Notes under the pieces: generated by a model
The model's database searches: none
Told to the model about the DNA's origin: nothing
The model's input: only the letters and a program-made list of their open reading frames with translations
In this document: piece after piece, positions 13,401 through 26,929 of the stretch
Layout of the letters: the number at the start of each line of letters is the position of its first letter
How positions within the stretch are numbered: the first letter of the stretch is position 1
Translations under genes and position numbers: made by a program
Source: Dipteris shenzhenensis
Lineage: Eukaryota
Reading direction: 5' to 3' (one strand)
DNA length: 64,000 bases
Assembly: GCA_047967505.1 (NCBI GenBank)
Contig: CM106538.1

Positions 13401-15480
13401 TGGAAATGATCTCCCAAAAGTTTCGAAAGAAGGCCAGAGTCAAGCCATCTCCAACAGGACACTTCTGGGTCGAGAGGGCCTTAAGGGATTCCCAGAGCTC
13501 CTCATCTATGAAAGACTCCTCTAGACTACTGCACAACTCCCACGAGACTACCGTCAGAGTGGTCCCAAACTAACTCATAAGCCATAAGCCAAGTTGGAGT
13601 CACCCTCTCCACCTGAAAGAGTTGGCTATCGCAAACCATGGTGAAGTCTAGAATCTCCTTTGGATTGGTGTGGATAACTCCCTGCAAATCCTATAATCAT
13701 TGTAACTATGTGCTTGCCGATCGATGGGCTAGTGGTTGAAAAGAACTGCTTCATCATCCTATCCCTATTGTACCCAACGGGCTCAAGTGGAGTGGTAGGA
13801 GAACTTAGCCCACCGAACCTCCATGTCCTGGAGCTCAAGGCGCATGCTCTTATATCTATCACTAAGCCACTGGGATCCTGGATCCTATTCCTTGAGCCTC
13901 TCTATGGAGGTGAGGTCTTGTTGCAGTGCATGCACCCTCCTCCATCTAAGGGTGTGAGATTGCAACTCCTCACCGCTCCTCTAAATCGCATCTACCACCC
14001 ACAAAGCCTAGCCCTCACAAGGTGCTGACTCTAGCTACTACCAAATCTCTGCCATAACCTGTTGAATCTCCTCATCCTAAAGGAGGTCCTCTAGAATGTG
14101 GACCCCCTTTTAGGGAAGACCTCGACAGGGCTAGTCCTCATCCTACAAGAGGTCCTCTAGAATGTGGACCTCCTTTTGGGGAAGACCTTGGAGGGGCTGG
14201 TCCTCATACTATAGGAGGTTGAGGACCATAGGAGGTCCTCTAGAATGTCGAGCCCCTTTTGGGGAAGACCTTGGCAGGGCTGCTCTAGGTAGAGTACTAC
14301 TTGAGAGTGGTCTAGCATCATGGTGCCTGCTAGAATCCCTGTAGATCTACCTTTGTGGAATGCCTAGTTCCCAATGTAGAAACAATCTAGCCTCTTAAGC
14401 AATCCATCATGTCTACTCTAGCCAAATGAGAAGAGGAGGCTACTAGGTATCTACTGAACTCTGGATCTCTTCGTGGGTCTCTACCAGTGATCGTGAAGAT
14501 GGACTATTCCCATGTGCTCCGTGGTATCTCAGAGGAGGCATGACCTTGCTTGTCCACCCTAAACTCCAAGTTGTTGAAGTCTCCTCCAATAGTTGCTCCT
14601 CTATGTGTGCCTCTTGAAATGCTCTCTCTCTCTCTCTCTCTCTTTCCCTATGTCTAGCCGATTGCCTGTGGCATGTTCTAGCCGGTTTGCTAGGCTTCTT
14701 TTTCTTTTTTACATAGGTCCACTCTCCCTCTAATGGTATCACCCAGGGGGTTTGAGACTCCTACTGCTCCTGTCTGAGGGGGTGCTGGGCCCTGGCCTGC
14801 TGACTCTTTTTGCCCTGCGGGGTTGGGGGGAGGAGCCCAATCTTAGCCATGAGGGTAGTCTCTAGCTAAATGACCTATTTGTCTGCAACAATGAAGACAT
14901 TGGCTTGGTAAACTCTTTGATAATGTGTACCCCCCTCAAGGGTCTTGAGGAGGATCAACTATGGGAGGGATTATAGGCCCTCAACCACCAGTCTAATCTT
15001 GGGGACCCCATTATCTACTACCACTGATGCTGTCGAATCTGGCAAGGACTCCATCATTATGCCAAATCTTTACCAATGGAGGGGAGGATGGCTTTGTATT
15101 CCTTTGGGAGCCCCAAGAAGCAGAGCATCATTGTCTGGTAATCAGGGAACATGGTGTGTCGTGTCCATGCCCTCCATTGTAAAGCCATGCTAGCAAGGGA
15201 AGAGGTACACCAAATATGGGCCAAGCACGAAGGGGATATGCTCCACAAGTGTCAAGGAAATAGTAGGGGAGCTCAATTGGATGAGGAAGATGCCTCTTCC
15301 ATAGATGGTAACCTTCTGAATGTGGGGAGTATGTCTTCTAGATGGGCATAAAATTTACATTTTTTATTGGGGATATCAAGGCGGTCTTCCACATGGAGCA
15401 GCCACTTGGATTCTAGATCCAAGTTGACAATGTAAACTACGAATGATATTTTATGGGCTAAAATAGGCCCCAAGGGCATG
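10410..15480 (-). mobile_element. Old, heavily mutated L1-like LINE (ORF1-like region, RT, 3' polyA)
   Basis: PolyT at 10410-10418. Minus-strand translation near 13410-13505 gives EELWESLKALSTQKCPVGDGLTLAFFRNFWEI, the typical L1 RT entry motif. The ORF1 assignment for ~14400-15480 is by position only. Confidence 0.8.
14072..14290. repeat. Tandem repeat, ~66-80 bp unit x3
   Basis: gaggtcctctagaatgt...ggaagacct...agggct occurs three times. Confidence 0.8.
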
Positions 15481-15499
15481 GTACTAGAGGATCAATTAT

Positions 15500-16430
15500 T
15501 ACTTTATAGGATAATTGGTCTAATCTAAAGTTTGTTGTATTAAATGTGTATCTTCATTCAGAGGGGAATAGTAAATTGATCAAATTGATGATGATCCTAT
15601 GCATGGATATAGTCATAATGAGGGACTATGAAGAGAAGCTTGAAGACATGAAGACTATATTAAAGATATGATTGACCTTGGTTCACCTCATTAGTTTCTT
15701 GGCATCAAATTTTGGCAACAGCAAGGTGACACACTCATCTTGTAGGAGAAATACTACTTGGAGATATTGAAGCAATTTAGAATGGAGGATTGCAATGTTG
15801 TAGTCACACGAAAGGAGGTCAAAGTGAAGTTGAGAATTAAATATGCTACTCACCAACTAGGTAGACTCAACCCATTCTTAACAATTGGTTGTGAGTCTAT
15901 TGTATATGGCAAATACATGAGCCAAAATTACATTTCCTATAGGATTATTCTATTAGGTTGCATCTACATCTACATCAAAGATGACACATTGGATTATTCT
16001 ATTAGTTTGCATCTACATCTACATCAAAGGTGACACATTGGAAGGCTTACCTTTATGTGCTTCAATATTGGAATCAGCTACCAAGTGAAGTCAGCTTCCA
16101 TGGATATTGTGATTTTGACTTGCCCAAAGATGTGGTCATGTGGCAATCTACTTCACATATTGCTTTGCTCTAGGAACTAGGGCCATATCGTGGCTTAGTA
16201 AGAAATAATCTATTGTGGCTCCATCTTTGACCAAAGTAGAGTATCCCTTAGCATGTATGGTATCAATTGAGTCTTTATGGCTCAATTGGGACTACTATGA
16301 CAATAAAAGTTGCATAGCAATCATGAAGAGCTCGGTATTCCATGCTAGGAGACAAAACATATTGATGTTCATTACCAGTGTGCACTGAGTGATGGACAAA
16401 GGGGATTGTAACAGCTTTATTTGGGATGCA
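15500..16430 (+). mobile_element. Ty1/copia RT-RNaseH remnant
   Basis: Fragments MIDLG, EILKQFRMEDCN, AISWLSKK and DNKSCIAIMKSSVFHAR. Confidence 0.75.
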
Positions 16431-17279
16431 ATCAATTTCTAAAATTTTTGGAGGTTACAATTGCTATCCATGTCATAATTGTGGCATGCATCCTACTTCC
16501 AACCTCTATGGTGACTACTTAAGTGTTTCTAAGTGAATTAAAGTCATTGAAAGTGGTCTAAATTGCACCCCAGATATAGGCCTCATAGGCTAAACCTAGC
16601 CATAAGGGGTGAACATATGTATATGGGCCAAATTAGTTTGTAGTACATGTTCTTGTGCACTCACCACTCTATCACTCTCTCCATCTCCTCCAATAAGGTT
16701 TTAGAGACTATAAGGTCCTCCTACTCCTTGCATGAGTTCAAACACTCCCTTTGAGGCATCTTCATAGGGTGTATAGCTATTTGTCTAGATCTCCTCCTCC
16801 TTTTTGAATTTAGTTCATAAAGCTCAAGGATATGTTTTTTGGAGCTAGAATAATCATCTTTGTTTTTACTTGTCATGTGTTTAGAAGCTAAAAATTACAT
16901 ATCTTTATAAAGCATATTGGAAGGGTTACACCCTTTGTATTGGGTAATTTTTATAATTTAAAGCTATTTTAAAATTTCCTACATATAAGGCATCAAGATG
17001 ATGCATCTATGAGCAAGGATTCTTACTATGATGCATCTATGAGCAAGGATTCTTACTTGTCTTGTATTCCTCACATTGTCACAAATGCTTGGTGCAATGT
17101 TGGCCTTAAAAAGTTATCTTATTGTTTTCTATATTTGAAATAGTAAAGCTATGCTTTCTATATAACATTGTTTATACCATAGGATTTTGAAACAAAATAG
17201 ATATTAATTTTAAAAACTACATAAATTTGGATTGTTTTCTCTCATAATCATGTTTACAATATAGGTTTCATTTTTCTTC

Positions 17280-17478
17280 ACACTTCAAAAAGCCTCCACC
17301 CTAGAAGGGTTGTCCACCATATAGCCAATCCATGGAAAATGGCCTCGATAAAAAAAAAAGGACCCCATGTCTTGGATTCTCTATGAATGGTGTCAATCCC
17401 TTTGATCTTCAATCCACATCTTGGTCTACATGGCTAGTGATAGTTGTGAGATACAAAACTTCTTTGTGGGTCATTATG

Positions 17479-17516
<38 letters not shown>

Positions 17517-20300
17517 TACACATAGTAAATAGGGGAAATCTCATGCTAGTCCTCATACTACCAAGCAAGCACAAGGTGGACATACTACACTATTGGTAGA
17601 TGAGATTTGAACTTTGTGGCATGTCTCTTAGGTGTATAATATATCATGACCGATTGGTGACAAGACTCAATGTTATGAGGCGCGTTATTGTAGACCATGC
17701 CTGACTATCTTGGGCTGCATGGCCATGCACCTCTAGTAGTGTAATGATATTAATGCTTACCCATTTTGTCTAGAAAATTTGGAGAGTTGCCATTCCAAGC
17801 ATCTTGGAACAATGTTTTATGAAAACCATAAAAATGATATTCTTAATGGATCATCTTTTTCACATAATGCAAGTTTGGTAGGTCTAAAATTAACAGCCTT
17901 CAAAGATAGGAAATGAGTAGGAAATTGACTAGTTGAGTCAATGGGCATGTAACAACTATCTATTTTGTATACTTTTTCTTATTGGATCATATGCACAAAT
18001 TTAATAATGTTTCTTGAATCTTGTGGAGTCGTGTGATAGGTGATGGGGACACTTGAAATCAATGAGAGGACTTGAGGGTCATTGGAAGAAGGAGGATTAG
18101 GTGGCCAATAGATGTAAATGGGGAGGTGAAGTTGATTGAGGCAGCATCGAGTTTTACTCCAATGAAAATAAGGTATGTCAAAAGTGTGATTGGGAGAAAC
18201 CCCAATAGACTCATGTATCTTTGAAGGTCAAATAGAAAATTAACTAGTCTAAAGCTACATGGTTGGCACAAGATGTCGCAAGCAATTGTAATTTATTTGG
18301 CTATCATATTATAAATTTATACATCTCAATAATATCCCATTGCACACATGTTAATACATTGCATGCCCTATTATATGTTGTTCCAATAGCATTATGGGTT
18401 ACTTATTGAGGTTAGGAATGCTATCAACAAGCCCACCTACAAGCTATGCTCTTATGTGAGATATTTAGGAAAAACATGTTGCATAATTGAAGTTGCATGT
18501 GTTTTTTCCATATGGATCATTACATTTCTAAATGTCTTGAGAAAATATAGGTATATTTTTCAAAGAATATTGCAAAGTCATCAATCAAGCCAATGCAAAT
18601 TTATGCCATATGTTTGATTGAGAAGGAATTTCCAACAAGCACTCTAGATATTCAACTATATCGAGTGGATAAACTTGCATACATAAGAGCTATGTAGTAG
18701 AGTTATTGGATGTTGGTCTTGGATCTTTTCATTAATGTTTTGAAAGGGTTAATGAGGCAAAAGCAAGTAGAAGGCATCATAGTACAAGGTTGATTGGTGT
18801 AAGAATCAATGTTCTATGTCATGGAGTTTCTAGTGCAATTGAGTCCATTCATCCCTCAAAGATTCAACAATAAGAATTATTTAACAATCAAAAGGGAGTG
18901 GTAAAAAGGAGGGGTAGGAGAAAAGGGATGAGTGCTGCATTAGAGTTAATTAAAAGGCAAAGATGCTTTCAAGTCTCTATTATTGAGAGGGAATGGATTG
19001 AAAGATCGAAAGATGCAAGAAGTAATGAGAGAGTAGTAGTAGATCTTTTTGAAGAAGCAATACAGACAAACCATAACGAAATGAATTTTCTTCATTATAG
19101 CAAATTCGATGGCATAAGGCTCAAAGATTCAATCAATGAGGCTTGTCCAAGGGGGGAGTCAAAGTTGCAATCTTCACATGAAATCTCATGCTTTTATGGT
19201 ACTTAATGATGAGAAGCTTAAATTATCATCCACAATCTAAAAATACTACTAGTCCAGTCATCCACTTATTATGAGAAGCTTAAAGTTTCATCCACTATCT
19301 AAGATACTAATGGAGTCATGAAAAGAATTCTCCCAAGAGTCACTCAAATAGCTATTAAACAAGTAGGATTATCTTGGGGAAAGTCATGGAAGACTTTGCC
19401 CAAGAGAGTTGAGCAATTGCAAGGGATGCTTAAAGGGAACCTCAAAGAGTTGTCAATGAACTGGATTACGTTGGAATGATACAAGATGCGTAAAGGGACT
19501 TCACCCAATGATCTTGAGTTTGTTGATCACATATAGGCAGTTGGGTGTTCCTCTCAATGTGTTGTAAGCATTGAGAGCCATGCATTACTGATGACTTTTA
19601 GCAGCAGTGGTATTGGATTTCCATGGATTTGTGCATTATAGAGTTTTTGTATTTCCTCATAAATTTTGAAGATGGTGGCAACTTGAGTGTTGTGTGTAGA
19701 CAAGTTCAAGTAATTGTAAGAAAAGGCTCAAATGGGTTCTTGGCCATTGACTCGGCCAAAATTTGGGATGATCTTATAGATACATTTTTTCTATCTGATC
19801 ATTGCACGTAGGTACATCTTGTAAGTAGGTACATCATGATATATCATCTTATAGATACATTTTTTGTACCTCATCATTGTAAGTAGGTACATTATGTTGT
19901 TGCCACAATGTTCAGTCTCATAAAATATTCTTGTTGAATAGTTTGGATCATAGAAATCTAGATTGCAGATGCGCTCTACCACAAAAATGTTAATAGGTTA
20001 TTTTCCAAAAGAGGATTTCTTGGACACAAAACCATGATATTTGAGTCAATTGGAAGCAGCATGTCTTTGAAGATGTCGAGGTCAAGGAAGAGAGGCAAAA
20101 TGTCATAGTAGATGCTATAGAAGCAAGCGCTTTTGATTGTCCCCCATATCTCATTGAGCTAGTAGTACAACCTTGTTTAAGCTCCTTAGATCATTACATC
20201 AACCTCGATGTGGGGAATCTAGTGCAAAAGGACATCAAATAGTTACCAAAATATGAACATGATGGTGCCGATGTGTTGTTAGAGAATCTTGATTGTTGGT
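17280..20300 (+). mobile_element. CACTA (En/Spm) transposase remnant, Tnp2/TnpD-like
   Basis: LGFSMNGVNPFDLQSTSWSTWLVIVVRY matches the Tnp2 consensus DGxNPF...STWPV. SLKLHGWH (~18250) and EKEFPTSTLDIQ (~18620) follow. Termini were not found. Confidence 0.75.
17484..17513. repeat. (TA)n microsatellite
   Basis: Direct reading of the sequence. Confidence 0.9.
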
Positions 20301-22339
20301 AGTGATTGAATATGCACACTTATTTGTTATGTCATACCACGTGATGTACTTGCCTTTCAAGACTTCATTCATAAGTGTAATTATAGTGTAAATCTCCATG
20401 TATGCATCTTCTCTCCCACATCTTTAAGTAGAGCACCATTTGTTATAGCTAGCTTTGTTTTATTTATGAATTTCACTTTGTTTGTATCTACTAGACTATG
20501 ATATGATATAGCTAGCTTTGGAAATGAGCCCTTTCAAAGTTATTGCCTTCACTTAGTTTAAACTTTAAGGGACATAGTATTATCTTCAAATGTATGTTTT
20601 ATCCACTCTATCTAGTGTTGTGTCCATCTTTTCCTCCACTTTTGTCTTCATAGTCACCTTGCATCATTTGTTGGAGGTCACACACCATGTGCATGTAATA
20701 ATTTTGGTAGTACACTATGAAAATTGACAGTGTACCATATCAAAGCAAGGTAGGCAAGCAGCAGTGTTCATTTTAACATAATATTAATTCTTATATTATT
20801 AATGGTAATATTATTGCTTGCTTCCAAAAAAAATCGATGCTTATATTGACTAAGTATTTTCTAGAGGACCTCGGTTTCATCCAAAAAATCTTCCCCAATT
20901 TGGTGGAAGCGGATCATGAATGAGATGCTTCTTGAGGCATACTTTATTTGCAACAAGACACTCTCTATGATTGAGGGATACTAGTTGAATTTGAGAGGGA
21001 GCTGAAGAGTAAGCCTCATATGCCTATTACTATAACATTTTAAAAGATGTTTGATTTAAGGCATGGGGACACATAGAGAATGTTACAAGGAACACCACTT
21101 CTTCCCTAGGAAAGAGGGTAGTAACATCTTTGATACTAAAGTGCATTATTGACTCACTAAACGAGGTAAAGTCACATCCGAGTGCTCAGACAAAGAGCCC
21201 ATTGCGAACACCGATAGCAAGACAAGAACGGAGAGCACGTTGCCTTAAGCAACATAGTGAGGAGCACCCAATTTTAAAGCACAACATGGAAGAACATGCT
21301 GTGTCTAAGCATTTGGCTAGAGATAGTGAGGTTGTCTCCACATAGGCCATCTCTGAATAAATAGACCTCTTTTCTACACAAATTATGATTATCTTTTTAA
21401 AATTCAATTAAAAAAAGGCACTACAAACCAGCATTAAAAAGGGGGGGAGATAGTAGTAATGTCTCTCAATATGGTTAGTCTAATGTATGATGCAAATTAT
21501 AATCTATACCAATTTAAAAATTGTTACCTCTTGGAGAGCTTTTGTTGGATTCATAGTAGTAGTATTGTGGTGTATGAGTAGTGGTACATATGCAAGGGGA
21601 AATGACACGAAATGAAATTTACATCATGGTGCAAAGAGAACCCCACCTTTGAAAATCCATTCCTATAAAAGCAAATAGTGACACATTGAATATCGCATTG
21701 ATGGGCTTCAAATCATTCCTAGAGCACTATGGAGATTACTAATAAAGCATTTTCTCATGAGGTTTCCACTTTTGGTATGATTCACTGACATGTTAACTTG
21801 GTAATAGGGGGAGGGAGATTCAAATTCTCATATCAATTGAACAGTGGTGCTCGTGTCCATCAGGTAGTAGGAATTCAAGTTGCACACATGTTGGGGAGTG
21901 ATGAAAAGTATACAACCTGGGAAAACCCATAGATAGCTATTTGACATATATTTGAAATGGAGATTGAAGGATTAGGATCTACAAAGCAAGATATGCCCTC
22001 ACGATCCTCTTGCTAGGCTCATATGCAGGGGGATGAAACTAATGATTGCATTAATGTTTACTACCTTGGCCCATAGGGGGGATTGAATCACAAACTGACC
22101 CATTGGTCCACTTGAAACATACATGTATTACTTTGCAAAGATGAACATAGGTATTGCATGGAAGTAGAAGCATGGGTGTTTCTACGTGACTTTGTTTAGG
22201 GGTTGGTGCTGTGGGATAGAATTCATTGGCCTAAAATGGAAGGAGGGGAAAATAAAGAGGAAATAAGGGGGAAAACATGAATGAGAGAAGAAATGCATTA
22301 AAGAAACTAAAAATTACACACCACACCTAAATAATACAT

Positions 22340-25300
22340 TATTAATAATAATTACGAAGGCTTTTGCATTGACTACACTCATAGACCCATTTTAGGAGCA
22401 TTTTAGTAGTGCTAGTTGTCATGACGTGTTCACATGGATAAGTTTGAAAGAATTGCTTATGTAATCCTTTCACAACTTTGCTATTTACACAAGACGCCAA
22501 GTCTGGAAGCCACATTTTACAACATTTTCCTTCATTGTTGGCACATAAAAACAATCATTTGAGAACCAATAAAAACAAGCCATATTTATTTTTCATTGTT
22601 GATGCATTTGTGATGGAATATGCCATGCAAAAATGCACTATTCTAAGATAAATACGAGTCTGTGTGTTGACCAGCACGAGACCATCATGGTTGTTTCTTT
22701 TGGGTGTTGCATGATGATCCAAGTCTTTTACTGGCTTGGCAAAAGTCATCGGAAAATAGCATGTTGACTCCACCGAACAATTTATCGTGGTTGTGCTTTA
22801 TTTCACGCATGCACATGTCTGTAGCGATGACAAAGGTGTTATACTCGACCATGGATATTTCATCGATCACCACCAATTTGACGTTCTTGTATAAGGCTAT
22901 CAAGGTCTGCAACTTCTCTACGAAGAGGGTTGTATATGCAGAAGCTAGTAAGGGCAAGTGCAAAGCAACATGGAGCATGCTACCATCTATCCCCCTCACT
23001 GCCTTTCTTGTGTAAGCTAACAACAAGGCTCTCGATAGCTCAGTGTTTGATGTTTGTTTGTGTGTGTATAGGCGCACCAAAGCTTGCACTACAAGCAACA
23101 TCATGTATGTTTTTCCCGATCCAGTGCCAGCAGAAAGAACCAACTGCAGCTCCTTGATGGCTTTGTTCTTTTTTTGAGCAAGATGTCCTCTACTATTGCT
23201 CGTTGGCCTATGTTTAGCCGTCGGTACCTTTGGTAGAACTGGTCATTTGATAATATGTAGTCTGCATGGACCTCCCTGCACTGTGCTTGGCCGGTGTTGG
23301 CCTTGTTATGTAGCTCTTTGACATGTCAATGTTCACGCATATGGTTGTCGCGATTGCTATTGTTGTTGAAACTGCTTGCGGAGAGGAAGGGCATGCAAGA
23401 AGACATTTTTTCAAACTTTTTTTTAGCAGCCATGATGGTCTCCTTGTTTGCAGTGTACATGTCATGCCAAGTCAAAATTGTCCATCGAGCGTGTGCTCTT
23501 GCAACCCAAATGGCAAGTACAATAGGTAAAGATCTTGATAATGGTCCTCTAGGCTCGTGTTCTTGTTGTAATTGTTAAAGTGAATGATTTTGCTGTGCTT
23601 TCTCTCTTTTGTTTTGCCATTTTAAATGTTGAAAATGCTTGCAAACGTTGCTAGGCATGTGTCTTGTAGTGCGTGGTTGTGCTTGGTGTATTTCAAAATG
23701 ATGTCATCAAAAAAAAAGTTTGTATTGTCCGGGTCTAGCCTTTGCAAGTCCGAGCACCTCTTCAATAGTAGTGTCCTGTTTTTGGTAGAGTTTGTGTTGA
23801 TGTAAACAAACTCCCTTCTTGCGCTTATCAAGGGTAGTGATAAGCAAAGGTAAACAGCTTGCCGGGAGCTTATGTGCAAGGTATTGAGTATTGCGTTTCT
23901 GACACTCCTGATGCACTTGTTTGTAGGGACATTGTTTTTGAGGCTATGTGCGATTATAGCTTTGACTGCTATGTTTGTCTCTTTGTCAATTTTTGTTATG
24001 TAAACGAGGTGCAGTACGAGGTTGCACCATGTGGGTTCATCACAAATTGGATGTCGGTGCTTACTTGCTAGAGTTTTGAAATTGAAACATTGAAATGGTT
24101 TGTGTATATATCTTTGGGGCACCTTCTTAGGAACAACTGTCAAACTCAAGTGTAGTTGCTGTTTTTTCTACGAGCAATGCTAACACTTTTTGGTATGCTT
24201 GCACGTGTTTCTTGGTGTTGATTTGGCCTTGTAAAGGAAGCAGAATACGTGTTCGCTTAATGGGGAGTCATGGAAACCCAAACTGGCACTCTTTTCTCTT
24301 TTTCTTGCAGGTCTTCTGATGTGTTTGTGTCTGAGTGTCTCGCATGTGAAGTGGGAGTTCTTCGTTGTCTGTTGTGATTTGTTGGTCCATGAAATGTTCT
24401 ATTGTCTCGTTGGCACTTAGATCGTAAATCGGTGTGTCTTCCAACCATAGCAAGCCATGGTCATGCTGACTCCCCTTGTTTTGAAATTCAATGATGATGA
24501 CAAAGAAGTAGTCTTTCATGTCCTAGCGAAGAAAAGTCTTTAATGCCCAAAATTTATGCGCGTAGTATTGTGCAGTTGTTGCAAGATTGGACCTAATAAT
24601 GTCTTGGAGCTCTTGCACCACATTGTTGGTTGATTTATTATGTGGTTTATTCGCTAGCTCTCTCAAACATGAAACCAATAGCCCCCACCTTCGTTATGCT
24701 GCAGAAAATGTAATGAAGAAGGAAGGGGGCCCGAGCTACTGCAGCATTGCAAAAATGTTGCGTTTGAGCTTGTGTTTGTAGTCTACTGATGTCTGCAAAC
24801 AGACAGTCTTTGTAATGTATTTGGGATTTTAGGAGCTGCTCAATGTTAGTGTCGTGAAGGACGATTTGTGCTTGCAAATCGAACCCTTGCAGTTGTCCTT
24901 TCCGCATGCATACCCAACAAGATGAGAGCGCTTGCTAGACTAGGACCTTCATTGTCTTAAAGAAAAAGTTTTTGATAGAGACAGAGAACCGATGATCTTC
25001 GCTTCGTAGCTCCCACTTAACAATGTCTTGGTAAGTTTGATTGTAGATATATTGTACATTCTGCACTCACCATAAAACAGTGCGGGGAAACCAAGTTCCT
25101 CGCAATCCTTATCGTAAAAAAGGCTGAGTAGGGAGAATCCTTTGGATGGGGGAGCTACAAGGGTCTTGTCTTTGCAGTCTACCACTTGTTGGGCTGTGTA
25201 TATGCCGTGTGCAAATGTGTCTGTCACTTCGCAATCATCTCTTGAGTCTTCATTTATTGTCGTATGGTTGCCTTGGCTAATTTCATCAAGCGCCTACAAA

Positions 25301-26630
25301 TTGTCGATGTCTTGTTTCCACATTGTGTTAATGGTGACGTTGTTCTCCTTGTAAAGTGTGCTTCTTAATAGTTCTAGGAGCGCGTGCATTGTGACAGTTG
25401 GGTGGACCAATCCACTGAGGTAATTATGATTATAATGTAGGCGCCTCTTAATTGCAGCTACCACTGTTGCATTGTCGTCGATAAAGCACGACAGCATTGT
25501 TTGAGCCCTATCCACGTCTCCAAATACGTTGACAATGCTACCGTGCAACCCAAACTGGCCTTCGTCAACTCACGGATTTGTGCAAACGGAATCTGAACAA
25601 AAACAAGGCATGCTTCCACTTTATTCAAGGACGATGTGTGCTGTGTTTTTTTAGAAAAATGCCATTAAGTGCTTGCAAAACTTTGATGGCCATCGTAACT
25701 TGAGTCTTCCATGGCATAGTGAACATACGTGCCAGCCTTCAATATATGTAAGCTAAGGGCACAATTTGTCACCCTTCATGTATGCCTCAATGTCGGTGGT
25801 TGCTCTTCTCATTCTAGACTTGAAAGTCAAGCACCCATAGCAACAGCAAGGAAAAGACGGAGTGTCTGCAACCTTTTCTAGGTACTTGGGTTGAGCTTCA
25901 TTGCTGATAGCGGGTCTTTGCTGTGTGTAGATCCTGTAGATCTTGATATGCATGCTTTTGATAATGTTCTGCTTCAAATTTTTTTGCAATGGTGGCTGCG
26001 GTTTGGTTTGGATGGGCTTCAATAAGCCTGAGTAATGCTTGCTCATCTTCACCTACCCAAGTTCTGTAGCTTTGCTTATGACGAGCTGGGAGTAACAGAT
26101 AGATTATTTTTGGGATGGTTCAGTCATCCAACAATAGTGAGTGTGTGGCCTTTTTTTGGATTGCCCGACAGTGAACTCTTCCAATATTTTTTTCCCATCA
26201 AATAAAAGAGTCACCAAATTCTTTATGAAAGGCTCTTAAGCAATCCATCAACAAAGCACGTGATGATGACAAATGATTCAAACAGTTTGTGTTGCTCCGT
26301 GACTGGTAGGGCAAATCTGGTTCTCTCGCCGCGCACTAAAGGACCAAAGCTATGTGCACTGAAGAACAACAGGTGCCATCAGCAATGTATGTATGCACAA
26401 TGTCAACCAAAGTTTCGTACGCAAAAGAGGGGTAGGAAAAAGCGAGGCATGTGAGTACGTTTGTGTTGTGAGGGTGTTTTTGCATGAATTTTGCGCAAGG
26501 TTTGATATTTCGTTTGGTTCGAGCAAATGCTATCTCCAAGTTGTGATTGCACTTTGTTGGCACAAATTCTGTTGCAGTTGTGCAAGGCAATACTGTGAAC
26601 TCCCTTTGTTGTTCCAAAAATATGTTCTCC
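22340..26630 (-). pseudogene. Helentron/Helitron2-type Rep-helicase, frameshifted
   Basis: An N-terminal DUF6570-like block (GSIVNV...IKRRLHY...LYK) and CEELGFPALFYG. HUH motif EFQNKGSQHDHGLLW, then QTHQKTCKKKRKECQFGFP and SSRQAVYLCLSLPL..FVYINT. PIF1 motifs AGTGSGKT, VIDEISMV and FGGVNMLFSDDFCQ. Confidence 0.88.
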
Positions 26631-26929
26631 ATGGGCTATAGCAAGAAAGCGCAAGTTTTTTTCATATGGATGGGTTGCAAGAATAAACTGAATATTCTGT
26701 GTTCTAGAAACGATTCAAAGGAGACGACTTTGCATAGGACAAATTGGAGACAAGAGTCAAGAAAACCCCTTTTTATTCTTCAGTAGAACGAGTGTGTTAC
26801 GGAGGAAATATACAATGGATGTTATGTGGTTTTCACAAGTGGAGTGCAACTCAAAACATTACTTTGTACAAGAGAAAGTATGCTTCAAAAGAAACAAAAA
26901 ACCAAAAAAGCTAGGTAGGTGAAGAAGCT

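Noticed and set aside
21130-21407. Short CpG-containing ORFs on both strands
   Set aside because: No recognisable protein motif or convincing exon structure.
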